Shown here: one piece after another, positions 38,228-50,077 of the stretch
Layout of the letters: each line of letters starts with the position of its first letter
Position numbering within the stretch: position 1 is the first letter of the stretch
DNA from: Sphaerodactylus townsendi
Taxonomy: Eukaryota
DNA length: 64,000 nt
Assembly (NCBI RefSeq): GCF_021028975.2
Contig: NC_059429.1
Span: 20,398,001 to 20,462,000, forward strand
Direction: 5' to 3'
Notes under the pieces: model-generated
Databases searched by the model: none
The model's input: only the letters and a program-made list of their open reading frames with translations
Told to the model about the DNA's origin: nothing
Program-made: the position numbers and the translations under genes

Positions 38228-38573
38228 GACTACAGAGATTGTCTCTGAGGGAAACCAGTACAGTCACAGTCCCATGACCAAGCTGGAAGCCAGATAGAAA
38301 TGGATCCAGTGCCAATATGTCCTCCAAGAAATCCTGGAGCTGCTTTGCCGCCGCTCTCTCAACTACCTTACCCAAAAACAAAAGACTGGATATGGGGGAG
38401 TAGTCGGCAGGATCAAAAGAGTCCAGAGATGTTTTTTTTTTTAATCTGCCTTGACTGGGCTGAACCTGCTCACCTTTGGGCTACAGCCTCCTTGCCCACA
38501 GCTGTCCAGTTTGGCTTTCTCAGTCTACTGAAACTTCCATTTGCCTCTGAATTACCCTCTTGCCACTGTGGGC

Positions 38574-38965
38574 CAGAGGTGGGATCCAGCAGGTTCTCAC
38601 AGGTTCCCAAGAGTAGGTTACTAATTATTTGTGTGTGCCGAGAGGGGGTTACTAATGGGTGATTTTGCCATGTGATTTTTGCCTTAGTTACGCCCCTCCT
38701 CTCAGCAGTAGCGCGCAGAACTCAAAGCAGTCTAGCAGGAGGTGCACCGACGTGGGTGGCAGCCTGCGCCTGCGTGCATTTGTTTCCTACCCAAGGATCA
38801 GCGCAGTGGCTGCGTCCTTGCCACAGCCCCGCCCAGGAATGCCCCTCCCCTGGAATGCCCGGCCACGCCCCCGTCGTGCCCCGCCCAGCCCCATTGGCGC
38901 TACGCCACAGTTTGAATCCCACCACCATGGGAACCTGTTACTAAAAATTTTGGATCCCACCACTG
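38574..38965 (+). mobile_element. Non-autonomous hAT element (CAGAGGTGGGATCC family)
   Basis: Reverse-complement match to 33948-34340. TSD CTGTGGGC/CTGCGGGC. Confidence 0.92.
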
Positions 38966-40649
38966 CTGCGGGCCCTCTCTTGCGACAGCTTCTTGCAGCT
39001 TTGCACTTTTCCCATTGCTTCGACTAGTCCTAACCAGGATAAAACTGGACAGAACTACAAACCAGAAAGAAGTCCCTCGCTTGGCACTTGTGCCTTTTTT
39101 CTTTGCACCTGCTGAAAAGATGGCAGCTGACAGAGAACTGAATGGAATCCAGTGACTTGGACATAGCAGCGGTTTCTCCAGCCAAGGGGGTGCTCAGCTC
39201 AGACCTTCAGTTCATCTTCCCAGAATCAGCCCTAGGACATGTTGGCAGTGCTTCTCTTCCCCTGTGCTGAATGTTTTTATTGTGTCTGTACAAAAATATA
39301 CTTTTAAATCTCTTTTTTAAAAAAATCTATTTTAGAAACATCCCTGAGGCCACACACACAAATTAATTTTCACACAATGTGATGCTAGTCTTTATTGGAC
39401 TACTAGCAGTGCCAGGAAACTGAACATGAAATGGGTGTTGCCTCTTCCTCTATCCACTCCATGGAGATGTTTCAAAGTTGCTGCTCTGAGGGGGGAGGAC
39501 CACCTACTCCCTTTATGAACCTACCCGATCACTGTAGTCACCTTCAGAGGCCAGGCTTCAGGTGTCCCCACCTTCTGAGATTAGATAGGTCAGTGATGGT
39601 GAACCTTTTCGAGACAGAGTGCCCAAATTGCAAATCAAAACCCACTTATTTATCGCAAAGTGCCAACACAGCAATTTAACCTAAATATCCCCCTCGAGCA
39701 AGGGCCATCCTGCTGTAGCCTCCAGCAAGTCCCACATGCGCCGCTCTGCGCCTCTCTAGCATCTCTGCTGCCTCTCCTCCTGGGCAGCAGCCACCTAGAG
39801 CACAGGCACCAGGCCTGCCAGCCGAGTCCTTCCTGCTTGCTGAGATGCACGCACATCAAGTCCAGAGGCCCAGGCCAGATCCAGGCTGGGAAACTCCTGA
39901 ATATTTGGGAATGGAACCTGATGAGGACAGCGACCTCAGTGGGCTACAATGCCCTAGAGTCCACCATCCAAAGCATCCATTTCCTCCACTGCTCTCTGTA
40001 GTTTGAAGAGGAGCTGTACACTTCTGCAAACACCTGGAGGCTGGCATCCCTACATGGAAATTAAATGAAGCCCTATATATAATAGCAAGGTCTGTAATAT
40101 GCTTATCAATGCATGCAATACATACAATTATATCTTCAAACCAACACCACCATACAGCATTGCATAAATGTGCATATCAATAAATAAAATAGTCTATTTC
40201 TATACTCCACAAGGTTGTTGTGTCAGTTATTTTGCAATTATCAGAATAGTTCCATAGGTTTTCTTATGGTCGCTAATCGAGTGAATAAACGTTTTTATGA
40301 ATGAATATATATTCTATCCATGATGCATCGCATATGGTGCCCCTGCAGGTTTCCAAATTTAGACATACAGTTATAATCCGTGGAAATATTTTGTAATTTA
40401 TAATCCCAAATGAATGAGTCTCAATGATGTCCATGAACTTGCGTGGGCACCATATGCAATGCATCATGGATGGAATATATATTCATGTATTGATAAGCAT
40501 ATTACAGACTTTGTTATTATATATACAGTTTCTGGTGTAATTTTTGGGTGATTGGCCGCCCAATTCACTTTTCCATTGTATTAGCTGGACTGTAGATTTG
40601 ACTTTCTTGGAAACTAAATGGGAAAAACTCCACTTACACAACAGAACTG

Positions 40650-41277
40650 AAAATGCGGATCTCCAAGATGGCGGCGTGTTAACTTCTGAGTCCGGGATAA
40701 TCTTAAGTAATTGCTTTCAGCCTTATCTTTTAATGTTTATATTAGCGTTTTATTGTGTTATGGCCCTCGGTTTTATTGCCAGTGGTGTTGTTGGCTGAGA
40801 TAAGCAGTGTGGAGATCAGGTAGTGGGAGTTACAGTTAACAACTAATAGCTGCCGGCATGGCTCCTAGCAAACGCTCCCGTGATTTAGAAGAAGTTTGCT
40901 CTCCTCCTGCCAACAAGCAATTGAAAATTGACTACTTCCTTGTTGGAGGAAATTCTACCATCTCCAATTCAGCTGGGTTGGAATTTGCAGTTCCCGTCTC
41001 CAACCGCTTCACATTGCTTCAGACAGACTCAAACTGCCCAGTGGACCATAGTGTCACAAAATCTCCCGTGGAAGACCATGGAACAACAAACGCACCCATT
41101 AATCATGCTCCTGGCTATGCGGGAGAGCAAGGGGTTAATTCCCCCGTTAATCCTGAGAAGGGCCTTGCTTCTAACTTTGAATCTGTCTCCATGTCTAATG
41201 AACAGTTAGTTAATCCTGAGCCTGATTTGCAATCACTTTGTATCCTTGCAGCAGCTTCTCTACAGGAAACTAAATGA
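40650..41277 (+). mobile_element. Probable 5' end of a LINE (5' UTR plus ORF1 N-terminus, ORF 40858-41277)
   Basis: YY1 motif CAAGATGGCGGC at 40664-40675. The ORF begins MAPSKRSR and contains VSNRFTLL, an NRFxxL motif common in LINE ORF1 proteins. No ORF2 follows. Confidence 0.55.
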
Positions 41278-41279
41278 AG

Positions 41280-41750
41280 CCGCCAGATCCAGGGGCAGTC
41301 CACCTCCAAGTGCCAATTTCTCGCCCTGCTTGTGACCTTCCTGCTGGGCTCTCCAGCTAGCAGCGCTTGGAAAGGGACAGGCAGCAGGCGACACACAGCC
41401 CGATTGCGATAGGCAGAAACGCTGCAGGCCAGGAACCTCCCCTCGCCTCCCATCCTGGCGGGGAGCTCGGGAAAGGCACGAACAACAACGCCCAGCATGC
41501 CCCGCGGCCGCCTCCTCTCCCAGGCAACTTTTCCGCAGCGCGGTTCAAACTTTGGGCGACTTTTGAATTTTGGCGCCTGCGGCGGTAACAGCTGCTGGCG
41601 GGGATCCAGTCCGGCGCTCCACCCCGGCCGGTCCCAAGATCCCTGCCCCGATCTCTCTCTCTTGGAAGGAAACCAAAGGGCAGGAACGAATGAATGAAGC
41701 CAGGCGTGGGGGTGGGGGGTGGGGGGTGGGGCTAGGGATCACGCCCACGT
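41280..41750. promoter_or_regulatory. Orphan CpG-rich element with E2F/CHR-like motifs
   Basis: CpG-dense. TTCAAA at 41544-41549, TTTGAA at 41562-41567, TTTTGGCGC at 41568-41576. Confidence 0.45.
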
Positions 41751-42370
41751 GGCTTCCCCGTTTTGAAACAAGCAAAGATTGCCATTGCAGGATGCCGATG
41801 GGAATCACGTCCCCAATAGCGCACACGGGGCATGCAGCTGTTGGCTTTGTGTCCAAACAGAAAACGTGTGTGTGTGTGTGGGTGGGGCGAACAAACATGG
41901 GAGCTGCCTGCTTTGAGATGTCAGTGCGAATCTTACCTTCCATATTTGCAGGGGATAAAGACGCACAGTCACGTGTCTGGAGGAAAATGCTCTTTGGAAA
42001 GGAGGCAAAAGGGCTGGGAAAAGTGGGGCCCCCGAGCAGGGATTCTGGACGCAGCAGCAAGTGGAGTGCGAGGTTGTACAAGCAGTTTGTTGTGTTTTCC
42101 TGGGCCGGGTGGCAGCCCCTGGCTTCAGCCCCCAAATCCAGTGGAATCAAGGGTCCCATTCTTACACGTTTGACATCTGCTGTCTCTATGGAGTGGGGGA
42201 AACAACTGCTCGCTCAGCACCTGTTAGGGGAGGGGGGGATGGCTTTCTCTCCCTCACCTCCATTTTTCTGTCCACCAACTGCAAGGAACTGGCAAAGAAC
42301 ACAAGATGTCCCGAGTAGAAACTGTGAAATTCAATCCCAGTCCAGTTGAGGGGTCAGACTCAATGCATTT

Positions 42371-42672
42371 TTGAAGGCTTTCACGCCTGGAATCAACGGG
42401 CTGTTGTGGGTTTTCTGGGCTCTGTAGCAGTACACAAGGCAGGTCTATACTTGCGTGTTCAGCAGCTTTTCCAGCATCGTGAAAAACAATCCCTTTGCTT
42501 CTGGAGATGTGTACCTTGAACTAGCTGTTGTGGTTTTTCCAGGTTGTGTGGCCACGTTCTGGTAGTTTTTATTCCTAACATTTCACCAGCATCTATGTCT
42601 GGCATTTTGAGAAGTATGTCACGGCGAGATGTAAGGTATGTCTCTCGCCGGGACGTAATTCTGAAGATGCTG
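42371..42672. mobile_element. Penelope-like terminal fragments
   Basis: TTGAAGGCTTTCACGCCTGGAATC end, and a ~150-bp block (42521-42670) directly repeated at 43904-44053. Confidence 0.7.
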
Positions 42673-42777
42673 TTACCCACAATAAATAAAAGATGCACAA
42701 TTTTATGTTATATTATTTTCTGTTCATTTAGTCATAAAGGTTTAGACAGGTTTTTTTTAAGGTCTCCATCATGTACG

Positions 42778-43750
42778 TGAGAGTTAAGGGCATCCAGGCC
42801 TGACTCAGGAAGCTACACCCTCTGCTTCAACGTTCCTATTCAAAACATAAAGAGACTCATGAACTGGTTCTGGAGGCTTTTCTGGGCTGTGTGGCCGTGG
42901 TCTGGTGGACTCATGAACCATCACAAAGGGCGCAGGTCTTGTGACTGTCTTTACCAGCCGCACCCAGGAAGAACACTTTTAGCCATGGCTACCACCTTTT
43001 GTCTCCTGAAGGGATTAGGTCGATAAGGTCCAAGGCAGGATGAAGTCGGCCCGCAAGGGTCGCAAGGAAGAGGCGAGAAGCAGCGATATCATCCGGTGGA
43101 GAGAGCCAGTGGCAGGAAGCGTGATCCGTGGATCTGGCAACTCTGCTGTGGTTTGGTCCCTGGCACCTTTTATTAGGGTTTGTCAAAAGGTGGGTCGGGA
43201 GGCGGGAGAATATTGTACAGTACATGACTCATGGGGCTGCATACGTGAGAGAGGAAACGTTCCCGTCTGGGCCTAATCCATACCTGGGGGTATGCACCCC
43301 TTTGTCCGGGACATCTTGTGACAGTGAGTCAGGCATCTCATGACCTATGACTCATGGGGGTCTTGTGACAGGTGAGCGTGTGCGCCCAGAAGGGCACAGA
43401 TGGCACAGGCATTCCTGCGCTCTGTCTGAGGCTCTGCTGGGTTCGCGGGGCTCACCCCTACAGCAGGAGCCTTGGGCCACTGATGAGATCACCCACAGCA
43501 GGGAAGACCCCTGTTCTACCCCTGGATTTGCCTTCCACCAATGAGAAAATAGGACCTTTTATTACTTACCCTCCTCCTATTATGTTTGAATTTGTCCCCT
43601 ATAAATTGTGTTGCATGTGCCTTGTTTGGCGTGTTCGTTTTAGTAAAGTGCTCCTGCATTCAAGATTCTTGTGTCTGTCCTCATTTCCATTGGGAATCCC
43701 TCTCTTCTTGCGGGGCCGGGTTTCGCTGCCGCCCGGTTGATCCCGTCTCA
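42778..43750 (+). mobile_element. Putative solo LTR
   Basis: TGAGA...TCTCA inverted ends, CCAAT at 43538, TATAAA at 43600, AGTAAA at 43642 and four AP-1 sites. The TSD is only partial (GTACG/GTTCA). Confidence 0.6.
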
Positions 43751-43903
43751 GTTCAGCAGCATTAATTGTTACTCTGGCAGCGGGTAAGCATAAGCATTTA
43801 AGCATAAGCATAAGCATTTTATTGTCATTGTGCACGCACAACGAAATTTACAGCAGCATTCCTCGATGCACACAATTTCAGACTCATACATCATCCTCAC
43901 TTT

Positions 43904-44120
43904 CTAGCTGTTGTGGTTTTTCCAGGTTGTGTGGCCACGTTCTGGTAGTTTTTATTCCTAACATTTCACCAGCATCTATGGCTGGCGTTTTGAGAAGTAT
44001 GTCACGGCGAGATGTAAGGTATGTCTCTCGCCGGGACATAATTCTGAAGATGCCAGCCATAGATTTAGGCGAAATGTTAGGGAGCAAAAACTACCTGGCC
44101 ACGACCACAAAGCCCAGAAA
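43904..44120. mobile_element. Palindromic Penelope-like fragment with a hammerhead remnant
   Basis: CTGAAGA-T-GCC...GGC-GAAATGTTA at ~44044-44079, with an inverted partner at ~43955-43993. Confidence 0.7.
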
Positions 44121-44275
44121 ATTAATGTTTTAATGTTTTAATTTAATTTAAAGTTTTAATTTATTTATTGTCTTAACTGAAATCATATGATGTATTGTGT
44201 TTCACTGTCTTGTACACCGCCCTGAGCCCTTTGGGGGTAGGGCGGTCTATTAAATTGAATAAATAATAATAATAC

Positions 44276-44662
44276 ATCACCGTGATCGAGGACGAGAACG
44301 TGACCATCATCGACATAGCAGTCCCCGGTGACAGCAGGGTCATTGAAAAAGAACACGAGAAGGTCACTAGATACCGTGATTTGAAAATCGAGCTTCAGCG
44401 TCTATGGCACAAACCAGCTGAGGTCGTCCCAGTGGTAATCAGCACACTGGGCGCCATCCCGAAAACACTAGGGCAGCACTTGAAACATCTTCGAATTGAC
44501 AAAATTAACATTGGTCAAATTCAGATCTGGGATCCGCACGAATACTACGCCGACACATTACAACTTCCTAGGCCTCTGGGTGAGGCTCGAATTGTAATGA
44601 AGGCCAACAACCAGCTAAAGATCTGGCAGCTGTGAAATCTACAATAATAATAATAATAATAA
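44276..44662 (+). mobile_element. R4/Dong-clade non-LTR retrotransposon 3' fragment (restriction-like endonuclease C-terminus)
   Basis: IIDIAVPGDSRVIEKEHEKVTRYRDLKIELQRLW...VVPVVISTLGAIP. (TAA)n on both sides, the known Dong target. Confidence 0.88.
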
Positions 44663-44952
44663 AGCCCACAGCAGCCAGTTGATTCCAGGAGTGAAGGCCT
44701 TCACCAGTACGTTGTACTCTGAACCCTCAACTGGAGTGGGATTGAATTTCCACCGCTTCGACTCGGGACATCTTGGCTTTTGCAAAAGAAACGTAGAAAC
44801 GTCCCAGTTAGCTTTGCCTGTCCTGTAACGACCCTGCTTGGTTTGCACAATTGCTGTGAACACATGGAGCTGCCCTATACAGAATCAGACCCTTGGTCTA
44901 TTGCAGGGGTCTCCAACATGGTGCCCAGCTCCAGGCTGAGAAATACCTAGAG

Positions 44953-45440
44953 CAGTGTTTCCCAAATGGTGGGTCATGACCTGGCGCTGGGTCACGAAAG
45001 CAAAATAGCGGGTCACCTAATGTCCAAGGCTGGGGCTGACCACCCCACCCCTTGTCCCTGCTTGGAGGGCACCACCCACCTGGAGGGCACCACCCACCAA
45101 CCGGGACGATACAGAAGCTTTGGGGCTCCTCCCTGGCCAGCCAACCACCCAGAAAGGGGCCGGGGTTGGGGCCGCAGCTTGTGGCAGACGCTGGTGCTGC
45201 AAGGGGGGGTGAGGGTGAAAGCAGCGCCCTGGGGAGTTTCCCTGCCGCTGCCGCGTGCAGTTGGAAGCCTGGCGAGGGGCTGGGCTCACCCCTGCCGAGC
45301 CAGCATGGGCAGACGCGTGGTGGGGTGACATTCACATTTGTTTATTTTGCTCATAAGTAGGCCATGACATTCTAGTGGGTCACGAAGGAAAGGTATTAAA
45401 ATAACCGGGCCATGGGGGAACAAAAGTTTGGGAAATGCTG
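44953..45440. mobile_element. Non-autonomous hAT (Charlie-like) element
   Basis: CAGTGTTTCCCAAA...TTTGGGAAATGCTG. TSD ACCTAGAG/ATCTAGAG. Confidence 0.88.
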
Positions 45441-47851
45441 ATCTAGAGAATCTGGGAGTAAAGCCCAAGGAAGGCAGCGTTTGGAGAGGGAAGGGGCTTC
45501 AATGCGGTTCCCCAGTTGTCATTTTCTTCAGGGAAATGATGTCTGTGGGAGGTCTTCAGCTACCACTTGGAGGTTGGCAAAGCGACATGACCCCTGCCAA
45601 CATCTTTCTTGGTGCCTACCGAACGATTTTTAAAAGTAGGTGGGACAAAGTGGGGCTCTTGCCCAGCGGTGCTCCTGATTGGCCAGCGGAGATCTGATTG
45701 ACTGCAGGTTAAAATGTGGTTTCATTCGAAATATTAATGTTGTTTCATTCAGAAACGAAGTGCGAGCATTTTCAGTCTCAAGATGCTCTGCTGCCCCGCT
45801 AGAAATCACCTCACTTTAAGGGGGCTCTGGGGTTCAACTGTTAGATTAGAATTCATCATGAACGTTAATCCCATCCATTAATCAACTTTGTAAAACGGGG
45901 GGGGGGGGTATTGTTATCAGCTACTGCTATTGTGAAAGATCACAGTGCTTACCTGGATTATACCTTGCTTAATGGGACTGCTTTTAACTCATTGGCACCC
46001 TTTCTAGGTGTGAGCGTGATTATGGAACACAGTATGTAAAGTTAGTCCTGTTTAATACATGATCTATTTTCTCGTTCCCTTTCTCAGCTGTCATTATGTA
46101 CTAAAACGGTGTCTGTCCCAGGGCTGCCTTCTAGTACATTTACCAGTATCAAATGAATTTGGAAATAATTCTGTTCTTTGAGAGTGAGATCTTAGAAAAA
46201 CTGGGGCCCAACAAACCCACAAACCCAAAATGCTGACCTCGCTTTAAAAGCTGATTAAAGTGAGCTGGAAAAGTCACAGTGGTTCTTTACTCACCTGACA
46301 TTCTTGGCAAAGATCGCGTAAATCAGTAGTTCTTGCGCACTCATCAAGAGACAGAGACACATGATCTTCATACATGATACTTTCCATCAGGGAACTCCTC
46401 CCCTCCTTCCAGTTTATCCTTCCAGTTTAACGCTCCAGATTCAGGATTCCCTGTCTCCCCCCCAAAAAACGATTCATAGACTAATGTTCACAATTAAGAA
46501 ATAGCGCTGATCAAATCATCAGGATGGACTCATGTATTCCAAGTTTTTAAAGTAGGAGAGGAGAGAAACATTTACTGCGTCTTCCCACCCAAGCAGGTAA
46601 AGCACAAAGCTCACCTTTAGAAAGCATTTTATTTTAAATTATCTGACCGTTGGCAGTCAATAAGGGGCCCGCGCTTGGGAGAGAGGCCCTCGGCAACTAT
46701 AATTTGCATCTCTTTTTGTTCTGGTCCTTGCCAGACACTTCTCAGTGAATGGTCCCCACAGGAGGGCACCCTTGTCTTGTTGGGAAACCTCCTGCGACGT
46801 CTGAGGTTGTCCAAAGAAGAGATTGGGGTGGCACAGGAAACATACAGCAGTCAATTGATATTCACCCTTCAGACATTCAAGCTCAGGAGCCTCCAACAGA
46901 TATGGTTACTGCTGAACAGGTCGTGCATTTCCTGGGAAACGCAGGGAATGGTTGCAGGGAAATCTAGCCTTAAAAATAAAAACTTCTATCTCATAATTTT
47001 TTCTCTGGGTTTATAATTTCATTTCTGGTGCCCTTTCTACCAGCCCAGGTTCTTATCAAAACTAGGAAATGTGAGTAGTGGTGGGATGTCATTAATTTAT
47101 GCTTAAGGACTGCCCCCTGGAATCTTTCCCACTTCCCGGCGCAGTACCACTCTTATCCGCTGACCGTAATGTCCCCTTCTTAAGTAAACCTGCCTTTATC
47201 GAGTTACGACAATGTTTTCAACCAGAAAAACATGATACAAATGTCATATTCAACATCAAAATATGGTAAAATGTGTTGGTAAAATGCTGGGAGTGGCTGC
47301 TGGTGGAGGAATGTGGCTGGCCTCAGGAGTTCGTACCCACTACACTGGCTGGGCTGCATATCTCCAGATTAACAACCTACCTCGCTAGGGTTGAATTGTG
47401 ATGACAAAATTGGGAAAAGAGAGTTGGTGGGGAGGCATGTATGTTTTTTACTGGGGGGGGGGTGTTTTGTGAGCCAGCCGCAGAAGGCCATTGCTTTCAC
47501 ATCCTTGTGTGGCAGGTGAGCTCCCAAAGGCACCTGGTGGGCCAAAACTGGGCGAAGTTTAGTCCCAGAGCCAGCTGGACTAGAATGGACTCTGGTCTGA
47601 TGTCATTAAGTTACATCTAATGCACTTCCAGCCACTTGGCTTGTTGCTGGGGAGGGATGTTCTTCAGCATAGCCAGGGTCTTTTCCTCCGCCTCCTGATT
47701 GTTGGGCTGGGGTGGGGAGGTAAGGGAAGGTGGCGGCTGTAGCTTGGCCTGGAAGGGCGAGTGAGCCGGCTTTCCGAGCCCCAAAGCAGCCTAGCAGCAA
47801 GGCGCCAGACCGGTTGGGGGCTCGGAAATCCCTCTCGCTCATCCTCCCCTG

Positions 47852-47943
47852 GAGTGGTGGGATTCAGCCGGTTCAGCAAACTGAGGAAAAAATTAGCTAC
47901 CGGTTCGACGGAACTGGTGTGAACCGGCTGAATCCCACCACTG
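47852..47943. mobile_element. Miniature inverted-repeat element related to the hAT family at 464, 33948 and 38574
   Basis: AGTGGTGGGATTCAGCCGGTTCA...TGAACCGGCTGAATCCCACCACT, a perfect 23-bp inverted repeat. Confidence 0.75.
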
Positions 47944-48803
47944 AGTGAGGGAGAGAATCATTCCAAATATTTTAAATTTTGCAGAAGATAGCTTTCAATA
48001 AAGAAAAGTTTGGTGGTTTCAGACACACCCAATGCCAGCCACTTGACAAAACCTGTTACCTTTTCACATGTATGCAAAGCAAAGATCACGTATGCAGCTG
48101 CACACCTTTCTTACACTGCTAAAATGAGAGACCAATAGCCATTTGCAGGAGTTACTAGCCGAGAGACGAATTTAACATGACCCTAATTGTACAGTTTCTG
48201 TATCCATTTGCTTCATTTCGGTAGGTTGGAAAAATAACAAAGACCACACAGGACGTGATGTTTTTTTTATAGATATATATCTCACTATATTGTCCATGCA
48301 CTGGTACATATAAAAATGTGCACAATGGGTATAAACAAGACCTCCCATGGAGACAAAGAGATTTCCCAGATCTCGGCAGTTAAAATTTCCCCACTCCCTT
48401 ATCCAAGTACTGTAACAAAAGTCAGCATGCAGAACACACACACACCCCTACACACACACGCAAGCCCATAGCTGGTTCTAAACATAACTGGGTTCTTGTT
48501 TCATGTTCCGGGTGCAAGGGATTCAGTTTTCCTTAGTTACCTGTAATTTTTATCCTCCTTTCCAGGTATTTATCCTCCTTTCCAGGCAAGATAGGAATTA
48601 ATAGCAGCACCGGCCCCAAAATGGTAAATAAGCTCCCTTCTTTATGATCACTTCCTAGGCATCCAAGATAACGTGGATCAATTTATAGAACACTTCCTTC
48701 GTTCTTAAAGCATGTTACAATCTTGAGGGAGGTTCTTCCCCAAAATTCTGAAAGTTCAGCTTGGATTCCATTTTACAAATGGACTGACGCACTGTGACAC
48801 AAT

Positions 48804-49246
48804 GGGGCTTTCCGCACTACAGGTCGACTCGGTTCCCTTCAGTGGGGCGTTCAGGCTATCCCCGCCACAGCAACACTTGGCCCTGGGGCGAGCTAAGTGA
48901 AGCGGGGATCATCTTAATGCCTGTTTAAATCTCGATGCATTGATTGAACTGTGTTACAGGAAGCGGGAATGCGTTCTTTACAGTTTACAGTTACATGCCG
49001 CCCGCGACTCTCCGTTCATAGCATGCCGCAGTTGGTTGAACTGATGAGGTGTCGTTTGATCGTCATGAAGCTTCAAAGCGGTATCGACCTTGTTCAGCAG
49101 AAGGTGCAGTTCGCCAGCTTTGCGACAGGGATATGGCAGTTCTGAGAGGGACTGGACAAAAAACAGCGTTGAGCTCGGTTGCAATCGCGGTTACTGTGGG
49201 AACCTGGAGCAGAAACCAGTACAACTCTGTCAGTGTGGAAAGCCCC
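48804..49246. mobile_element. Non-autonomous PIF/Harbinger-like DNA transposon
   Basis: TIR GGGGCTTTCCGCACT / AGTGTGGAAAGCCCC. 3-bp TSD AAT. CpG-rich interior. Confidence 0.8.
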
Positions 49247-50077
49247 AATGGAAAGACTGCCGAAGATCTCTGACATGTGTACTATTCTGGACTTCATCAC
49301 ATGCTATTTATGTACTTGCCTCGTAATTGATTCACAGTGGGGTTTCCTCATCGTTTTTTGTTTCTACAGGTTGCCCTCCTGCGAAGTGTCCCTAGCCGAG
49401 CTGGTCTGCCATTTTGCCTTTCCATCTGCTCATTGTTTCCATGCAACCTCCATTTGGTCTGCTGGGTTTTTTTTGTTGATGCCGCTGCAGTCTTTGGTCA
49501 AACGGTACTTTGCTAGACCAGACTTGTCGATTTCACTAGGTTCACTGCTACAGCAATACCCCCTTCAGTGTTAAATTAATTAAATAAAAAGGAGCCCTTC
49601 TGATCATTCTGAAATGGTGACCTCAAAAGTGGGAGGAACTGTTGTGGTGTGGGTTGGGGAAAGCAGGGAGGAGAAAACCCGAGGAAAGTCAAACACATGG
49701 TGATCTCTTTCACTTTCTCTGCATAGGGAGAGGAACAGCTGCACTTTAAGAGCTTTCGGAAACTGCAGGGATTCTCTGACCTAACAAAGAAGTGAGTGCT
49801 GGAAAGGGGAAAACGTGTGTGTAATCAAGAATAAAACCCAAACAGAATGCTCACTCAAAGCGAAGGAGACCATGTGTGCATAAATGGCCCAGACATACTG
49901 ATCTTTTCCTCCTCCCTTACAGAAACTGCACTACATGTTCACCCCACTCCACTGACACCTATGCTAGAATAAAATCTCATCAAATCTTTCAGATTCTTCA
50001 AAAATTTCATTTATTTTCTGCTGCAATCAACTAACTCTGCAACCATCGGGAATTAGTTTCTTCCAATTTAGGCGCTC

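Larger units (their letters stand above)
36100..38560 (-). mobile_element. Degraded L2 LINE (reverse transcriptase region) fragmented by nested insertions
   Basis: Minus-frame motifs FLGKVVERAAAKQL..LDPFLSGF..GHGT, LLLDISATFDKVSH and LQLVQ..HIQPVLCQLHWL..IRFKTL are typical of L2 ORF2. Confidence 0.85.

Noticed and set aside
41545-42349. 259-aa and 204-aa opposite-strand ORFs
   Set aside because: They run through simple repeats in GC-rich DNA, with no homology I can recognise.
45950-46970. Possible spliced minus-strand micro-gene (MESIMYEDHV...CQECQ with a CAG/GTGAG donor near 46295, further splice-like sites, AATAAA near 46630)
   Set aside because: The splice-like motifs are within chance expectation, the joined ORF stops after ~35 codons, and I recognise no homology. 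It needs RNA evidence.
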